DNA of 64,000 bases from Mobula hypostoma (taxonomy: Eukaryota), in contig NC_086107.1 in NCBI RefSeq assembly GCF_963921235.1, positions 112,222,001 through 112,286,000 of the forward strand, in the 5' to 3' direction. The notes under the pieces are model-generated. The model was not told the DNA's origin. It ran no database searches and worked only from the letters and a program-made list of their open reading frames with translations. Every line of letters begins with the position of its first letter. Position 1 is the first letter of the stretch. The translations under genes and the position numbers were made by a program. Below, piece by piece: positions 60,441 through 64,000 of the stretch.

Positions 60441-60786
60441 GTGAGAGGGGTCTGATATGACTTGCTTTCTCAATCAAATGAAATGCTTCCTGCCGAGATT
60501 CTTCCTCCCTCCAGCTTTGCGCTTTTCTTTTGGTTTTCACTTTCCTTTTCTCTGAATCTTTTCATCTTGGCTCACTGTTTACATTCTCTACTGCTTCTTT
60601 ACAAGTCTTTCATTGCCCATTTCTCTCCCCCTGGTTTTGTCTTTTACCCTCTCTTAGTTGTTTTGTCTTTCACACATCTCCTCCATCACATCTTCCCTAT
60701 TTTTTCCTCTTTCTTCACGCTTTCCATTTTCTCTTTCTCTTTTTCTCTCACTCAGTGCCCCTCAATAAACTCATAAGACAAACCAT

Positions 60787-60966
60787 GTTAGATGTTAGAT
60801 GTTAGATATGGCCCTTGTGGCTACGGGGGTCAGGGGGTATGGAGGGAAGGCTGGGGCGGGGTTCTGAGTTGGATGATCAGCCATGATCATAATAAATGAC
60901 GATGCAGGCTCAAAGGGCCGAATGGCCTACTCCTGCACCTATTTTCTATGTTTCTATGTTTCTATG
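60787..60966 (+). mobile_element. Short CR1 3' end, same young subfamily as 58460-59117
   Basis: Near-identical 3' UTR and (tttctatg)3 tail. Confidence 0.9.
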
Positions 60967-61054
60967 CAGTTAGGGTGGTCTGCACTATTCTGCGATATTA
61001 AATTTACAATTTGCTTTTAAGTATACTTATTCCATTGTCATGGGAGTGCATATT

Positions 61055-61995
61055 CAATCAGTGGTCATTTTCTTATGTACCTCCTATACCTAATAAAGTG
61101 GCCACTGAGTGTATGTTCATGGTCTTCTGCTGCTGTAGCCCGTCCACTTCCAGGTTCGATGTGTTGTGTGTTTAGAGATGCTCTCCTCTGATGAAATATT
61201 AAACTGAGGATCCTCTGTATCTTCTTCGTTGATATAAACACTCAGTGGCCACTTTATTAGGTACCTCCTGTACCTAATAAAGTGGCCATGAGTGTATCTT
61301 CATGGTCTTCTTCTGCACACCGTTGTTGTAACGCGTGGTTATTTGATTTACTGGCACCTTCCTGTCAGCTTGAACCAGTCTGGCCATTCTACTCTGATGC
61401 CTTTCATTAACAAGGTGTTTTGGAAGTTCAAGGGGGATATTAGAGGAAGGTTTTTTACTCAGAGAGTGGTTGGTACATGGAATGCACTGCCTGAGTCAGT
61501 GGGTGGAGGCAGATACACTAGTGAAGTTTAAGAGACTACTAGACAGGTATATGGAGGAATTTAAGGTGGGGGGTTATATGGGAGGCAGGGTTTGAGGGTC
61601 GGCACAACATTGTGGGCCGAAGGGCCTGTAATGTGCTGTACTATTCTATGTTCTGTGTTCTATGAACTGCTGCTCACTGGATGTTTTTATTGATTTTCAC
61701 ACCATTCTTTGTAAATTCTAAAATTTACAGCTTTAGAGACTGTTATGTGTGAGGATTCGAGGAGATCAGCAGTTTCTGAGATACTCAAACCACCCCTTCT
61801 GACAGCAACAATCACTCCATGGTCAAAATCACTTCGATCAAATCTCTTCCCCATTCTGACGTTTGGCCTGAACAACGACTTGACCATGTCTGCATGCTTT
61901 TACTCATTGAGTTGCTGCCGCATGATTGGCTGATTAGATATTTGCATTAACGAGGCAGTGTACAGGTGTACCTAATAAAGTGGCCACTGAGTGTG
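61055..61995 (-). mobile_element. Tc1-derived elements (partial copy plus a copy interrupted by CR1 at 61421-61663)
   Basis: Repeated TIR cctaataaagtggccactgagtg; MGKRFDRSDFDHGVIVAVRRGGLSISETADLL; CR1 piece FKGDIRGRFFTQRVVGTWNALP. Confidence 0.85.
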
Positions 61996-62321
61996 TAAGG
62001 GAGAGACAATATTACATTTAAAACAAGCTATATTTATTTGCAATCTAACAATGTATGAACATTTATTTATGGATGATCAAAATGATTGAGTTCAACATGC
62101 TGTTTGATAGGGAGAAAAGGAAAAAACAGTCGATAAGAATTCAGATTTTAGACTGTGGTGAAGATGAATGAGACACAAAATGGCCAAATCCATTAATGTA
62201 GAAAAAGATAGGATATTGACAGGGGTGAGTTATAGGTATTCTAGCAATTGAAAACAAGTTCATACCCATTTGGTGCAAGCTCCCCTTTAACCAAAACAAA
62301 AACAGCCAAGGGCTGTTTGTT

Positions 62322-62994
62322 GAGGAGAAGATGGCAACGCGACGACAGCGCATGCGGCCACTTCGGTGGTGATGTCTGTTATCTGTCAAGTAGGGGACCG
62401 TGCACAATTCTGATTTGATGGAGAGACGGACGTGAGAGCACGGAGGACCAACTGGAAACTTCTGGAATGCCCGCTTCGCTGCCGCTGCTACTGTGTGGTA
62501 ACCAGAATCTCTGGAGCTGAAGGCCCCGAAATCCTCAACTTTGCGTGTTTCAGCGGCCGGGGCGAGGTCGAAGGTGCTCGGCAGAGGATGGCGCTCGGGA
62601 GGCTGTATCAGAGAGGCTGGTCGGAAGCTCAGAGTTTTCGGACGGATGGATTCCGAGTCGGCTGCTTCCAAGGCATCGGCAAGTTGACGGTGCCTGGAGA
62701 TTTATAGCAGGGAGTTTCTCCCTTTTGCCGCCTGCTATCGGGGACTCGGGAGTCGATCAACTCGGGACTTTGAGACTTTTTTTTTACTGTGCTTATGATC
62801 TGTTCTTTATCAAATTATGGTATTGCTTTGCACTGCTGTAACTATATGTTATAATTATGTGGTTCTATCAGTGTTAGTCTTTGGTTTGTCCTGTTTTCTG
62901 TGATATCACTCTGGGGAAACATTGTATCATTTCTTAATGTGTGTATGCATTTCTAAATGACAATAAAAGAGGACTGAGTGTTCTCATAATCTAA
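62322..62994 (+). mobile_element. Apparently full-length CpG-rich non-coding retroposon
   Basis: Starts gaggagaagatggc; colinear with 8913-9542. Confidence 0.8.
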
Positions 62995-63029
62995 ATCAAA
63001 AGGTAAAATACAAAATGCAACTTAAAAAT

Positions 63030-63320
63030 GAAGATTAGCTTTATTGTCACGTGTACATTGAAACATAAAATGTGTCATTTGCATTGAATCAAATCAGCAA
63101 GGATTGTGCCAGAGGCCATCTGGAAGTATCGCCCTGCATTCACGCCTACACAGCATGTCTACAGCTTACTAACGTTAAACTGTCCATCTTGAAATATGGG
63201 AGGAAACCGGAGCACTCAGGGGAAATCCATGTGGTCACAAGGAGAACGTACAAACTCCTTACAGGCAGTGACGGGAATCGAACCGTGATCGCCCGTGCTG
63301 TAAAGTGGCATGCTATCTGC
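63030..63320 (-). mobile_element. V-domain tRNA SINE
   Basis: Reverse V-domain gggaggaaaccggagcactcaggggaaatccatgtggtcac and B box gggaatcgaacc; further degraded copies near 4430, 16900, 19500, 20030, 30970, 34900, 44275, 47570, 55590. Confidence 0.75.
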
Positions 63321-64000
63321 TGCTGTAAAGGTAAATAAACTTTTACTGCCATCTACGCAATTCTCTCTCACATGCTTTCAGTCATGTTTCTCTCTCCTTT
63401 CTGGGTCATGATCCTTGACCATCTCGGTCACTTTTTGGTTCCCAACTAGCTTCTTTCTTACTCGATCTGTGTCATTTCCCATGGATCTCATTCCCTTTCT
63501 GTCTCTGTCACTTTGAGCCTCACACATCGCTCTAACTCTGTAACTCTCCCTCGCTCCTTAGTCACTTTGTTTAAGCAATGCTCTGTCCTTCGGTCTGTGT
63601 CACTTTTTTCTGCACACACACACATTGTCATCATTTCTGTCTGGCCCTCTCTCCCTTTCCCTCTGCACCTTCATTTACTCTTCTCTTCATTCCTTGATAG
63701 TGTCTCCCACTCTTCTTGGCTTCACAAGTAATCCCAGCTATATCCCATCTATCCCACAATCTGGAGCAAAAGCTCGACAGCCCCCCCACCTCGCCCTGCA
63801 CCTTACGCTGAGCTGCAGACCTGGCCTGACCTTTACAGTGGATTAGTCAGCTCACTGACAAACGGCAGCTCGCTACCTAGGCGAGAACGAAAGGCATAGC
63901 ACAGCAGCTCAAGTTACGCAAGCAAGCAGCCATACAATCCCTTGTGCGGGCTTTTATTCAGCTGACTGCTCAATATTCAGAACTGGCGGAATAAAAGTTA

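Noticed and set aside
60500..60760. Hydrophobic ORFs in a pyrimidine tract (also 63360-63720)
   Set aside because: Low-complexity CT-rich DNA produces F/L/S-rich pseudo-ORFs

Overview
Eukaryotic, repeat-saturated intronic or intergenic DNA. The repeat families present (HER1-like CR1 LINEs, V-domain tRNA SINEs, abundant Penelope-like pLTRs) suggest a cartilaginous fish, probably a ray or skate; this is an inference. No intact host protein-coding gene can be supported. Every recognisable ORF is a transposon fragment: CR1, Rex1/Babar, RTE-derived, Penelope-like RT and GIY-YIG, Tc1, or Chapaev3-like. The clearest structure beyond routine repeats is a minimal type-I hammerhead ribozyme (CUGANGA...GAAAC-GUC) carried by the many Penelope pLTR copies, several with intact cores. 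Other notable items: an internally deleted Chapaev3-like DNA transposon, a three-TIR Tc1 derivative, a CpG-rich non-coding retroposon family lacking a tRNA head, a solo LTR with TSD, and many nested or inverted insertions with readable TSDs. A few repeat-free islands look regulatory (CpG island with a possible minus-strand first exon near 14.6 kb, bZIP motif cluster near 10.1 kb, CTCF-like motif near 18.0 kb). Family names come from motif recognition by eye, not database searches, and repeat boundaries without a stated TSD are approximate.
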